64,000 nucleotides of DNA from Octopus sinensis (taxonomy: Eukaryota). The notes beneath the pieces were generated by a model. The model searched no databases. It worked only from the letters and a program-made list of their open reading frames with translations, and was not told where the DNA came from. Within the stretch, counting starts at the first letter, position 1. Each line of letters opens with the position of its first letter. Shown piece after piece: positions 38,863 through 49,935 of the stretch. The DNA lies in assembly GCF_006345805.1 (NCBI RefSeq), contig NC_042999.1, positions 72,912,001-72,976,000 on the forward strand, read 5' to 3'. The translations under genes were made by a program, and so were the position numbers.

Positions 38863-41800
38863 AATGATAGATCCCATTGACCTTGCCAAAGACAAAAATG
38901 ACCTCTTTAGTGATGGAACCATTAGGTGTACCCAGAATGTTCTGTTTAGTGGCTGGTGTTAGGAAGAGCAAAATGGAATGTATAGGCAAGTTGTAGTACC
39001 TGACCTGTTTAAGAAGTTACTTCAAGCAAGAATTGATTATGAGCAACATGGAAAGTGGACATAAAATGCCAAATGTGTGTGTGCTTGCACACATGTATTT
39101 TTATTACTGTTTTAAGTTACTGGACTGTGGCCATGCTGAAACATTGTTTTGAAGTATTTAGTAAATTGCACCTACCCCTACTTTTTAAAAAAATTATTAT
39201 TTCAGTCTATTATTTTATCATTCTATATTTCTTGAATCTCCATGTTTCACTTATTGGCACATACTTATTTATGGAAAGCGGACGTTAAACGATGATGATG
39301 ATGATGATTGTTCTGAAATGACATTGGTTCTAAGGCATTGAAATTTATCATCTTGATAAATATAGTACCAGGAAGCAATAATATGGTAGATGTGAATGAC
39401 CTAAACCCTTGATTGCAGAACTCTTGCATGACTGCTACTGTCCAGTGACAAAGACCAATAAAAGAATGAAAATGAAAAAAAAGATATATGTTTGTGCATG
39501 CATGCATGTGTGTGATTGTGTGTAAATAAATATAATTATCTTACCTTTTGCAAGGGTGTATAGGTCTACATTATCTGATATGTTCTTTCCTTCTTAAAGA
39601 TGTGATGGGCACTTGGCTGATATTTCTAGCAGTTTGTGCTGCCATATAGAATTTCCTAGAATTTATTTCATGGGTTCTCCTACAGCTGATTACATGTGTA
39701 CAACTGCTATATACAAACTCTCTCTTCACTGTCTTATTTTCTCTTTAACTCTGTCTTGCTTTGTCTGTTTCTCTGTGTGTATGTTCATTTTGTCATATAG
39801 ATGTCTCTTTCTGCCTACCTGCCTCTGTTTTTCTCTCAATCTACCTTACGACCCCCCCCCCTCGCATAAAGATAGAAGAAAAGGAAAGAGGTTGTGAAAG
39901 GAAGAAGTAAGGAGGCTATCTATGATTCTTGTAAACTGTAAAAAAAAAAAAAAAAAAGCAACTTCTATCATAATCATGGTTATTATACCAACCCTTTTTA
40001 AATTTTGGTATGGGTTGCCATCAACTTTTGTTTTCAAATAAAATATTTTTATTTCACTGTGTTTATGTTTCTCTTAATCATAGTTTTATGTTGTATGAAA
40101 ATCAGTCTTTGCTTGGAAAAAACAAACACACACACACACACTCTCACTCTCTCCCTCTCCCTCTCTCTTGTACATTCACACATGAGCTTCCATTCAGTTT
40201 CTGTTGACCTAATTTCATTCACAAGGCATTGGCTTAGGTATTGGAGGAGACATGCCATGAGGTAAGATGTAAAATCATCTGGTTGCAAAGTAATCTTCCT
40301 CACTACATAGCCTTTTCTCTGACTACTAACAAAGTAATATTTTGATAGTATAGTTTTTTGATAATATAATTTACTCCAAGTCACTCCTGATCAGCAGGCC
40401 AATGATCATAGCTTTTCTTCTTAAGGACAGGATTACATATAGTATTGTTCTTTTTCTTTTCTTCAAAGTAATAGAGTGGTGTTGTATGAGGAGTATTTAG
40501 CTGCTATATATTCTTTTTCTTACATCTCTTTTGTATTATATTAAGAGGAACTGTAACTCAACATTTTATATTGTCTAACAGATAACATCATCATCATTGT
40601 TTTAACAGCCACTTTTCTATGCTTGCTTCAGTCGGAGAGAATTTGTTGAGGCAGCTTTTCTATGTTGAGATGCCTTTCCTGTCGCCCACCACCTATTTCT
40701 CCATGGTTTGCCATATATATATATGGGGAATTAATTATAAAATTACAAACAAGTAAACTAAGATTGTCAACAAGGGCTTCCAGTCCTAGAAACCATGCTA
40801 AATCAGATTGGAACCTGGTGCAGCCCTCCAGCTTACTAGTTTCAGCCAAACTGTCTAATCCATGCCAGCATGGAAAGCAGACACTAATGTCTAATAATGT
40901 TATCCTTTACTCACAAATCCTTTCCCTATTTATAGTAAAAACATTCATAATAAGTAAATTACTAGAAACATTCTAGAGTTTTGAAAATTTTGTTTGGAAA
41001 ATGTATTTAATATAAGCCATATACAGTGATACAGTAAGTAGAGTGAGAGCCAACAATGATGTCAGCAACAAATTTTATGTGAGGGTAGGAGGAGTCCATT
41101 GAAGTCTAGTCCTCCTCTCCTATTTATTATAGTTTTACAAGCAATCAAGCAGAGTTTGACCCTTTAGCATTTAAATCATCCATAACCAGCCCAAATATAC
41201 TACCTATTTTAATCTCTTTTCAGTTCCACCCAATCTACTCTTTAATGTGAATAGCTGTGTAACTCTTCTACAGCAAGAAACCTGCTCTTTTCTGGTTCTT
41301 CCTCTCTCATTTTAACCCCTCATCTCATAGCACAAGGATGCCTCTTTCTCTACAGTAGCCCCTTTCAGTTGAACTGATCTTAGTCTTGCAGGCTGTTTGT
41401 GTCACAAGGGGAAAAAAGAAGCATGTGTTAAGTGGTTGGCATTAGTAAGGGCATCCAGTCATAGAAACCATGCTAAAGTAGACATTGGAGCATGATGTTG
41501 TCTTCAAACCCATCAGATCCTGTCAACCATCCAACTCATGCCAGCGTGGAACATGGGCATTAAATGATCGTGATTTATTGTAATATGGATGGATGGAATA
41601 TATATTTTAAAATTCATTTATCATTTATTAAAGGTTTACTTTGGTTTTCTTATATCCTGTGTGTGTGTTAGAATTATTTGTTTTAAAATAACATAATCTC
41701 CATCAAAGACTTTTTCTTTTGAGGAAGCTCACAAAACTAAATTGCATGAATGTACATTATTCTCTACTTGCAATAATTATCTCTTGTACTTTACTCAAGC

Positions 41801-42432
41801 TTGTCTATACTAGCTGAGTCTTTATAGAACTAGATAATATTTGGCATTTAGCCACAAATTTGTAATATTTTGTAAAAATCATAATTGATTGAATTGACCC
41901 AGTATGTTGAAGTAGACATCTTTGATGTGAACACAATCAGGGCCTAGTAAGAGGGTGCTCAATCAATACATTGGCCAGGAGCCAAGAAAGGACCCTTGAT
42001 TCCCTTTTAAAAAGAAAAAAAGAAAAAAAAGCACATTGTAATTCCTTGAGTTTTTAGACCCTCATCCTGCTTCATGGGACCCTGAAAGCATTCTCGTTTC
42101 ACTTTGAAATTTCTCTTGGAGGTCAAGTATATCATACAAATATAAACATTATAATGACAATAAGAGTTGGGTTCCCACAATGCACTACAGAGAACATGGA
42201 AACAGGAACAAAGCACAAAAGTATGACATGATATTGATTGCAGTAGCAGTTCAATTTTTAAAAAGTTTTACTCTCATTATTCTAGTCAACTGATAAGTTG
42301 GAGCAAAAGAATGGTTAATGTTTAAAAACTGGTTAATGTTTTCAAAATATAAGAGATATAATGACTTTATAATCCATTGAATAGAATCTCTAAAATCCAT
42401 TTTAATGGCTTGTATTTTTTCTTTCTTTGCAG

Positions 42433-42606
42433 TTCTTCAACATGTCCTGCAATTCTTCCAGTCTTGGAGAAATATCAGGAGAAAAACCATCAACTGCAAC
42501 ATTACAGGCTATCTCAGTACCACATTCTACAGCTGATGGATCTATTGGCACTGAGGGTATATCTTGGAGTCTTGATGCCATCTTACCAGCAGTACATGGC
42601 ACTGAG
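42433..42606 (+). CDS. Candidate internal exon of an unidentified host gene (174 nt)
   Basis: Long polypyrimidine tract TTTTTTCTTTCTTTGCAG, donor GAG|GTTTGT, length divisible by 3, two open plus-strand frames, and higher complexity than the flanks. The protein is not recognised. Confidence 0.5.
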
Positions 42607-42641
42607 GTTTGTAAAATATGTTTATTGTGTGTATGTGTATG

Positions 42642-42689
<48 letters not shown>

Positions 42690-42773
42690 GTATCTTGGAT
42701 GACACAACAATGCACTATAATAATAATAATAATAATAGATTATTATAGCTGTTATAATTTAATCATCCATAGC

Positions 42774-42815
42774 CTGATATATTTCGGAATACAAACATTC
42801 CTTCTTCAGATATCC
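42774..42815 (-). ncRNA. Hammerhead-like motif in the PLE terminal repeat (second copy 45663-45706, + strand)
   Basis: CTGAAGA-A-GGAAT-loop-ATTCC-GAAA-TATA-TC. Core boxes and stem II are present. Stem I is weak and there is an extra A after the core. Confidence 0.45.
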
Positions 42816-43092
42816 CTAGGAATTGATCAAGTCACTGCTATAATCGATTTTCCAATGGATTTTTTTCCTGGAAGCATCTCTGCAGTGGTCTCACAAAGCT
42901 CCATCCGGAATTCCTCATGAGAAGTGCATGAGGGCAGCCATGTCTCAAGCTTGTGTGTGCTGGGACATCCGTAGCGTTGCTTCTGAGTTATGTATTATAC
43001 ATGCAGTTTTCTTTTTGTTTTTCTTTCATTTTTTTTAATAAATAATAACAGAGCATATTATCAAAAATGAACTTACATGCATCCAGATGTAG

Positions 43093-44900
43093 CTAAATAA
43101 TATATTGACTGCCAACCTCCAGCCTGTTGTTAATTTGGGATCCAAGTCTGTCTATGAGGATAGCTTCCTTAAGTCTTAGATTACTCAAATTTGTTTCATT
43201 GGCCTCAGTTGTGACTGTTATGCTTTTGTCAGTGTTTTGGCATCTTTCTTGATGTTTTCTGAAGGAGGAGGCTCTCGTGTTCAGGTGTTCTTTGATGCGA
43301 ATGTGTAATGGTCTTGTTGTGCTACCCACATAAAACTTGTTGCATTTGTTACATTGTATTCTATACACAACATTTAGCCGTTGGCATAAATCTGTGTCGT
43401 GGATGGGACAGTTTGCTAGTGTGCATTGATTGTTGCCCCTTGCTTGTTTCTTTGCGAGATGTCTTCTCAGAGAGGGGCTGGAGTGGGCTAGTTATATGTC
43501 TAGTCTTTCTTTTCTTATGGCTGTAGTTATCTTCTTGCTAAAATGGGGTATTTTAAGGAAGCATTTGTTCCTGGGTTTTCTGTGTGTTCGGCGTGTTTGT
43601 TGTCTTGGGTACTTAAGCGGATTTACAATGGAAATAGGATACCCTTTAGTTTCCAATATCTCTAGGAAGTAGTGATAGTGATTCAGTGTTGCTGGGATGT
43701 TCGATAGTGAACTGTATGTTCATGTTCATGTTATTGAATTTCATGAATATTCTGTCAGCCTCTTCATGGGAAGATGTGAGTATGAGGATGTCACTGCATA
43801 CCAGGTGAAGAATGTGCATGAGTGCTCGACGTTCCAGATGGTTCATACAGGTGATGGCTAGTAGGCCTGGGAGGCTGGATCCCATGGGGAGGCCTGTTGT
43901 CTGTTTGCATATGTGATCATGAAAAGAGAAGTAGTGTTGTCCATGATGATGGGCAATAGTTGATGTATATCAGTTGTGGCAAGTCTGAAGCAGTGGATGT
44001 TGGATGCTACTATGCAGTCAGTCAATAGGTTGACTGCCGAGTTTGCTGGTGCCATTGTGTACATTGAGACAATATCAAGACTAAAGGCATATCTGTTTTG
44101 CCTGAGTTGCTCTGGGAGCAGTTGGTGCAGTCTTTTGATGACTTCATCGGAGTTCTTGATGTGTCCAGGAAAGGTGGAGAGTATGGGTTTCAGGATGAGA
44201 GAAAGTAGCCAGGATATTTTATATAGAGGCCCTTCCATACTGGAGATGATGGGTCTTATCTGGATCATATTGCTATCCTTGTTTTTTTAATGAGGTGATA
44301 GAATCTGGGTAATCTACTGTTCTTTGTGATGAAGTTGTTCTTGTATTTGCTATGTAGTTGTCTCCGTCTACAAATGTCAGTCCATGCGGTGTTAATTCAG
44401 TCCTCAATCCTGGTCACGGTTGTATCTGTCACTTCAGAATATAGCCTGTCATTGCTTAAATGTTCTAGTGCCAGTCTATCATATATTTCACAAGAATTCA
44501 CACAGATTTCTTTCCCTTTATCTGATGGTAAGTAGATATGGTTTTTGTTTTTTAGTTTTGTCAATGTTTTATGTTGCACCTTGGTTAAGTTTGGTATTAT
44601 TTTCGATTCCTTCTTTAAGATGTTTGGGATAAACTGTTTCAGTCTGGATAGTTTGTGTTTGAGTTCTCGGTTGGTTGGGGGTGGGTGGGTGGAATGGGTG
44701 GTCAAGTTGGTACATGGGAAATTTGCTGAGTGTGTTGTTGTTCTTCTTTATCACTGATAGCCATTTGAGTTGGTAGGCTGTTTGACAAAAGTTGGTTTCC
44801 AGGTCAAATAAGATTTTCTCATTCAGCTGCTGGCTCAAGATAAATTTAGGGCCTAGACTGAGAAGTTCTAGTTCTTCATAGGACAGTGACCCACTCAAAT
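43093..44900 (-). pseudogene. Penelope RT + GIY-YIG endonuclease ORF, frameshifted
   Basis: Fragments LLSLGPKF, YLPSDKG, IRPIISS..LYKISWLLSLIL, FSLDIVSMYT, MGS, and C-terminal YRIQCNKCNKFYVGSTTRPLHIRIKEH (GIY-YIG). Confidence 0.88.
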
Positions 44901-45079
44901 CTGTGACTAGGGAGTTTTGTTGTTGATGGTGAGCTGGTGTTACACATTCGCATCAAAGAACATCTAAACACAAGAGCCTCCTCCTTCAGAAAACATCAAG
45001 AAAGATGCTGGAACACCGACAAAAGCATAGCAATCACAATTGAGGCCAATGAAAGAAATTTGAGTCATCTGAGAATTAA

Positions 45080-45300
45080 CCCTTTCGTTACTGTGTTTAT
45101 TTTGAGATGCTCTGTGTTTCTTTCAATTATTTTAAATATAACAAAGAATTTAGTAAAATAACTTAGTTATCATTCAACTAGTGTTAGGAACATAAATTGT
45201 GACTAAAGTTTGGTGGTATATTTTGATGCAAAACTTATGAAAACAAGACATTTGTACTACAGAGCCAGAGCCGGTTTTGGCCGGGTTGGTAACGAAAGGG
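45080..45300. mobile_element. piggyBac-type MITE, family A, inserted into the Penelope inverted arm
   Basis: CCCTTTCGTTAC TIRs with TTAA duplicated. The other arm (~43169-43172) shows the empty single-TTAA site. Confidence 0.93.
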
Positions 45301-46142
45301 TTAAGGAATCTATCCTCATAGACAGACTAGGGCCCCAAATTAACAACAGGCTGGAGGTTGGCAGTCAGTATATTATTTAGCTATATTTGGATGCATGTAA
45401 GTTCATTTTTGATAATATGCTCTGTATTATTTATAAAAAAAAATGAAAGAAAAATAAAAAATAAAAAAGGAAACTGCATGTTTAATACATAATTTAAAAG
45501 CTACAGATGTGCCAGCACACACAAGGTTGAGACATGACCGCCCTCACACACTTCTCTTGAGGAGTTCCGGAAGGAGCTTCGTGAGACCACTGCAGAGACA
45601 CTTCCGGAAAAAAAAAACCCGTTGGAAAACTGATTATACCAGTGACTCGATCAATTCCTAGTGATATCTGAAGAAGGAATTTTTATATTCCGAAATATTA
45701 TATCAGACTATGGATGATTAAATTATAACAGTTATTATAGTCCATTGTTGTTATAGTGCATTGTTGTATACACAATGCTTCATGCGAACTACAATACACT
45801 CCTATTTATATATATATAATCTTCTGTCCATTTTCTCTCTTCTACTTTTTTTGTGTACCTTGAAGATATACCTTGATACCTCATCACTGCTATTTTTAGC
45901 TCTCTTTCCAGCCACTCCCACCTACTACATAATGATGGGTATTCATGTATCCACTATTTCCTTGAAATTTTAAACCTTTTAAGTTAGGGTTGTGCATTAT
46001 ATATGAGAACTAAATGTGACCCACTTTTTCCCTGGGTCAATATGACTGGAATCAAATTATATCCATTATTCAAACCAACTGACGTGTAACAAAGAGTTTA
46101 AATCACTATATTAAGGTTGGATCTCTCTATGGTAGTGGATAC

Positions 46143-46540
46143 TCTTTTCTCTTTTACTTGTTTCAGTCATTTGACTGCGGCCATGCTGGAGCACCGCCTT
46201 TAATCGAGCAACTCGACCCCGGGACTTATTATTTTGTAAGCCCAGTACTTATCCTATCGGTCTCTTTTGCCAAACCGCTAAGTAACGGGGACATAAACAC
46301 ACCAACATTGGTTGTCAAGCAATGCTAGGGGGACAAACACAGACACACAACCACACACATACATATATATATATATTTACATATATACGACAGGCTTCCT
46401 TCAGTTTCCGTCTACCAAATCCACTCACAAGGCTTTGGTCGGCCCGGGGCTATAGCAGAAGACACTTGCCCAAGGTGCCACGCAATGGGACTGAACCCGG
46501 AACCATGTGGTTGGTAAACAAGCTACTTACCACACAGCCA
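46143..46540 (-). mobile_element. Young full-length tRNA-derived SINE (CCTTGGGCAAG family)
   Basis: CpG-rich copy. Head GTGTGGTAAGTAGCTTG..GGTTCCGGGTTCAGTCCC, tail (AAAAGAG)n. Confidence 0.88.
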
Positions 46541-46921
46541 ATGTTTATTATATTGTAATGCATCTGTATGTAATAAAGATTTAAATTTTCATGCTTCTAG
46601 TGCACACAATGTTTACAATAGTCACCATACTTCCCAGATTGGAAATTGCTTTGATGAATGTCTAATTAACTACAGCAAAATTTTGCTCATATTTATTCAT
46701 ATAAAGTAATCAGAAAATAAAAATGACATTGGTAGTAATAAAACACTGTTTATATTTTTATCTAGAAAGAAATTTGTGCTATAAATAAATACTATCTAAT
46801 ACTTAAGATTAGATTAGTGCTTCATCATAGTTTAGCAACCATTATATCAGCCTATGCTCCTCAGTCGGGGCTACCCGATGGACAGAAAGACCGATTCTAT
46901 GACACTCTACTGTAGACTACC

Positions 46922-49570
46922 TTGTTGACGAACGACAGAGACCTTATCTTTGTGGCTGGTGACTTCAATGGTCACGTTGGACGACATGCTGGGGGCTTCC
47001 ATGGCGTACATGGAGGCTATGGCTATGGCTCCCGAAACGAGGAGGGAACCAGGCTGCTGGAGTTCTGCGATGCAAATAATCTTATGATTTGCAACACTAA
47101 CTTCAGGAAACCTACCAGCCACCTAGTCACTTACCGATCGGGCCAACATACCAGCCAAATTGACTACATCCTTGCAAGGCAAAGGGAGAGATGGCTGCTT
47201 ATAAATGCCAAAACCTTCCCAGGTGAAGAATGTACCCCACAACATAGACTGGTAGTTAGTGACTTTAGGATCAGGACTAGGAGGACAACCAGAAGACGAC
47301 CAATATGGAGAAGAAGGATCTGGAAGCTTAAAGATCCTGCAAATGGACAGAGATTTAGGGACATATTACTTGAAGCCTCTGACGAAGTAGAAGGGGATAG
47401 AGCATCACAGGGGGTAGAAGACAGCTGGACGTTTCTAAGGGACAACCTGCTGAGAGCCACTGACCAGATCTGTGGCTGGTGCAAAGTCCCCTCTCGACCT
47501 AGAATAACGTGGTGGTGGAACAATATTGTAGACAGGGCTATTAGAGAAAAGAGACAGGCTTGGAAGGTCTGGAAAAATGGGGGTAGCAGGGAATTGTATC
47601 AGACTGCCAAAAGAGAAGCTAAGAGACAGGTTTATTTAGCCAGAGGGGAAGCAGATAAGAAAAAATTTGCCAATGTTCTGCGCCGTGAGGACCAAAGACT
47701 GGAGGTGTTTCGCGTTGCAAGACAGTGTGTGAGAGAGAATCGTGATGTGGTAGGAGAGAAGTGTGTTCGCATGGAAGATGGTTCACTTGCGCTAAATGAG
47801 GATGCAAAGAGAGAGGCTTGGAGATGCCACTATGAAAGTTTGCTGAATAAAGAAAATGAATGGGATAAAGAGAGTCTGCCGAATGTTGACCCAACAGAGG
47901 GACCAGCTATCCGAGTTGATAGTTCCGTGGTAGCTAAGGCAATTAGAAGCATGAAGACAGGAAAAGCCCCAGGCCCATCAGGAATCACTGCAGAGATGCT
48001 CAAAATGTCTGGTAGTGTCGGCTATAGCCTAGTCACCCATATAGTTAATCAGGTGATACACAGAGGAGTCATACCCAATGACTGGTGTAGCAGCATAATA
48101 GTCAACTGCTACAAAGGTAAAGGTGACGCCCTAGATACAAATAATTACAGAGGTATCAAGCTGTTGGATCAGGTGATGAAGGTTACGGAGAGGGTCATAG
48201 CCCAACTAATTAGAGAGAGAGTTAGTTTAGATGAGATGCAGTTTGGGTTTGTGCCAGGGAAAAGTACTACTGATGCTATATTCCTGGTAAGGCAGCTGCA
48301 GGAGAAATACCTAGCCAAAGAGAAGCCCCTGTACCTGGCTTTTGTTGACATGGAGAAAGCCTTCGACAGGGTCCCCCGATCCCTTATCTGGTGGGCAATG
48401 AGGAAACTAGGGATAGATGAATGGTTAGTGAGAGCTGTGCGGGCCATGTATAGGGACGCTGCTAGTAGGGTGAGGGTTGGAAACGAGTACAGTGAAGAAT
48501 TCCGGGTAGAGGTAGGGGTCCACCAAGGCTCAGTACTCAGCCCCCTCCTATTTATCATAGTCCTCCAGGCAATAACGGAGGAATTCAAGACAGGATGCCC
48601 TTGGGAGCTCCTCTATGCTGATGACCTTGCTCTAATTGCTGAGTCGCTATCAGAACTGGAGGAGAAGTTTCAGGTGTGGAAACAAGGATTAGAATCGAAG
48701 GGCCTCAGAGTCAATCTAGCTAAAACCAAAGTCGTAATCAGTAGGAAGGTAGACAAATCACACACGCCTTCAGGTAGATGGCCCTGCTCGATCTGTAGAA
48801 AAGGTGTAGGTAGAAACTCTATAAGATGCACCAAGTGTAAGCTATGGACACATAAGAGGTGCAGCAATGTCAAAGGAAGGCTAACTAGGAAGATGGTTTT
48901 TGTATGTGGCAGATGCTCAGGAACAATAAACACTGAAAATGCTCTGAGACCAACTTCCGTCACTTTCCAGGGAGAAAAACTAGAAGTAGTTGATAGTTTC
49001 CGTTACCTAGGTGACCAAGTCAGCAGCGGGGGCGGGTGTGCTGAAAGTGTAACTGCTAGAGTAAGAATAGCTTGGGCAAAGTTCAGAGAGCTCTTACCCC
49101 TGCTGGTGACAAAAGGCCTCTCGCACAGAGTGAAAGGCAGACTGTATGATGCGTGTGTACGAACAGCCATGCTACATGGCAGTGAAACATGGGCCGTGAC
49201 TGCTGAGGATATGCGTAAGCTCGCAAGAAATGAAGCCAGTATGCTCCGATGGATGTGTAATGTCAGTGTTCATAATCGACAGAGTGTAAGTACCTTGAGA
49301 GAAAAGCTGGACCTAAGAAGCATCAGTTGTGGTGTGCAAGAGAGACGATTGCGCTGGTATGGTCATGTGGCGAGAATGGATGAAGATAGTTGTGTGAAAA
49401 AGTGCCACACCCTAGCGGTTGAGGGAACCTGTGGAAGAGGCAGACCCAGGAAAACCTGGGACGAGGTGGTGAAGCACGACCTTCGAACTTTAGGTCTCAC
49501 TGAGGAAACGACTAGAGACCGAGTCCTATGGAAGTGTGCTGTGCGCGAGAAGACCCGGCAGGACAAGTGA
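46922..49570 (+). CDS. RTE ORF: partial AP-endonuclease + reverse transcriptase + PHD-type zinc finger (N-terminally truncated)
   Basis: GDFNGHVG, IDYIL and HRLVV (APE). GKAPGPSGI, NYRGIKLL, QFGF, FVDMEKAFDRV, GVHQGSVLSPLLF and YADD (RT). RRLRWYGHV and GRGRPRKTW (C-terminus). Confidence 0.93.
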   Translation: MLTNDRDLIFVAGDFNGHVGRHAGGFHGVHGGYGYGSRNEEGTRLLEFCDANNLMICNTNFRKPTSHLVTYRSGQHTSQIDYILARQRERWLLINAKTFPGEECTPQHRLVVSDFRIRTRRTTRRRPIWRRRIWKLKDPANGQRFRDILLEASDEVEGDRASQGVEDSWTFLRDNLLRATDQICGWCKVPSRPRITWWWNNIVDRAIREKRQAWKVWKNGGSRELYQTAKREAKRQVYLARGEADKKKFANVLRREDQRLEVFRVARQCVRENRDVVGEKCVRMEDGSLALNEDAKREAWRCHYESLLNKENEWDKESLPNVDPTEGPAIRVDSSVVAKAIRSMKTGKAPGPSGITAEMLKMSGSVGYSLVTHIVNQVIHRGVIPNDWCSSIIVNCYKGKGDALDTNNYRGIKLLDQVMKVTERVIAQLIRERVSLDEMQFGFVPGKSTTDAIFLVRQLQEKYLAKEKPLYLAFVDMEKAFDRVPRSLIWWAMRKLGIDEWLVRAVRAMYRDAASRVRVGNEYSEEFRVEVGVHQGSVLSPLLFIIVLQAITEEFKTGCPWELLYADDLALIAESLSELEEKFQVWKQGLESKGLRVNLAKTKVVISRKVDKSHTPSGRWPCSICRKGVGRNSIRCTKCKLWTHKRCSNVKGRLTRKMVFVCGRCSGTINTENALRPTSVTFQGEKLEVVDSFRYLGDQVSSGGGCAESVTARVRIAWAKFRELLPLLVTKGLSHRVKGRLYDACVRTAMLHGSETWAVTAEDMRKLARNEASMLRWMCNVSVHNRQSVSTLREKLDLRSISCGVQERRLRWYGHVARMDEDSCVKKCHTLAVEGTCGRGRPRKTWDEVVKHDLRTLGLTEETTRDRVLWKCAVREKTRQDK

Positions 49571-49644
49571 GTCCATAACCCATGGCCTTCTAATTGGGAT
49601 GGAGCCAGCCTACGTATGCATACCTTCCCTTCTTGGGACACAAA

Positions 49645-49935
49645 ACTCTACTTCTGAAGACTTGTTGAGGCAAGTGAGGATCAGAATCGAAATCGATCAA
49701 TGGAAATTGCAGATGTGTTACCAGTGCCGGTGGCATGTCGATACTCTACTTGTGAAGACCCGTTGAGGCAAGTGAGGATCAGAAATGGAAATCGATCAAT
49801 GGAAATTGCAGATGTGTTACCAGTGCCGGTGGCATGTCGAAACTCTACTTGTGAAGACCCGTTGAGGCAAGTGAGGATCAGAATGGAAATCGATCAATGG
49901 AAATTGCAGATGTGTTACCAGTGCCGGTGGCATGT
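49645..49935 (+). repeat. Three tandem ~98-bp units in the RTE 3' UTR
   Basis: ACTCTACTT.TGAAGAC..GTTGAGGCAAGTGAGGATCAGAA..GTGCCGGTGGCATGT occurs three times. Confidence 0.93.

Larger units (their letters stand above)
42704..45767 (-). mobile_element. Penelope-like retroelement with an inverted copy of its 3' end at the 5' side
   Basis: 42704-43308 is the reverse complement of 44940-45767 (which carries a MITE insert). Coding remnants lie between the two. Confidence 0.88.

Noticed and set aside
42433-42606. Third plus-strand frame with four in-frame TGA codons (selenoprotein idea)
   Set aside because: No resemblance to known Sec-rich proteins, no SECIS identified, and two other frames are simply open.
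47164-49641. Minus-strand ORFs of 90-140 aa overlapping the RTE ORF
   Set aside because: Antisense shadows of a long coding frame, with no motifs.
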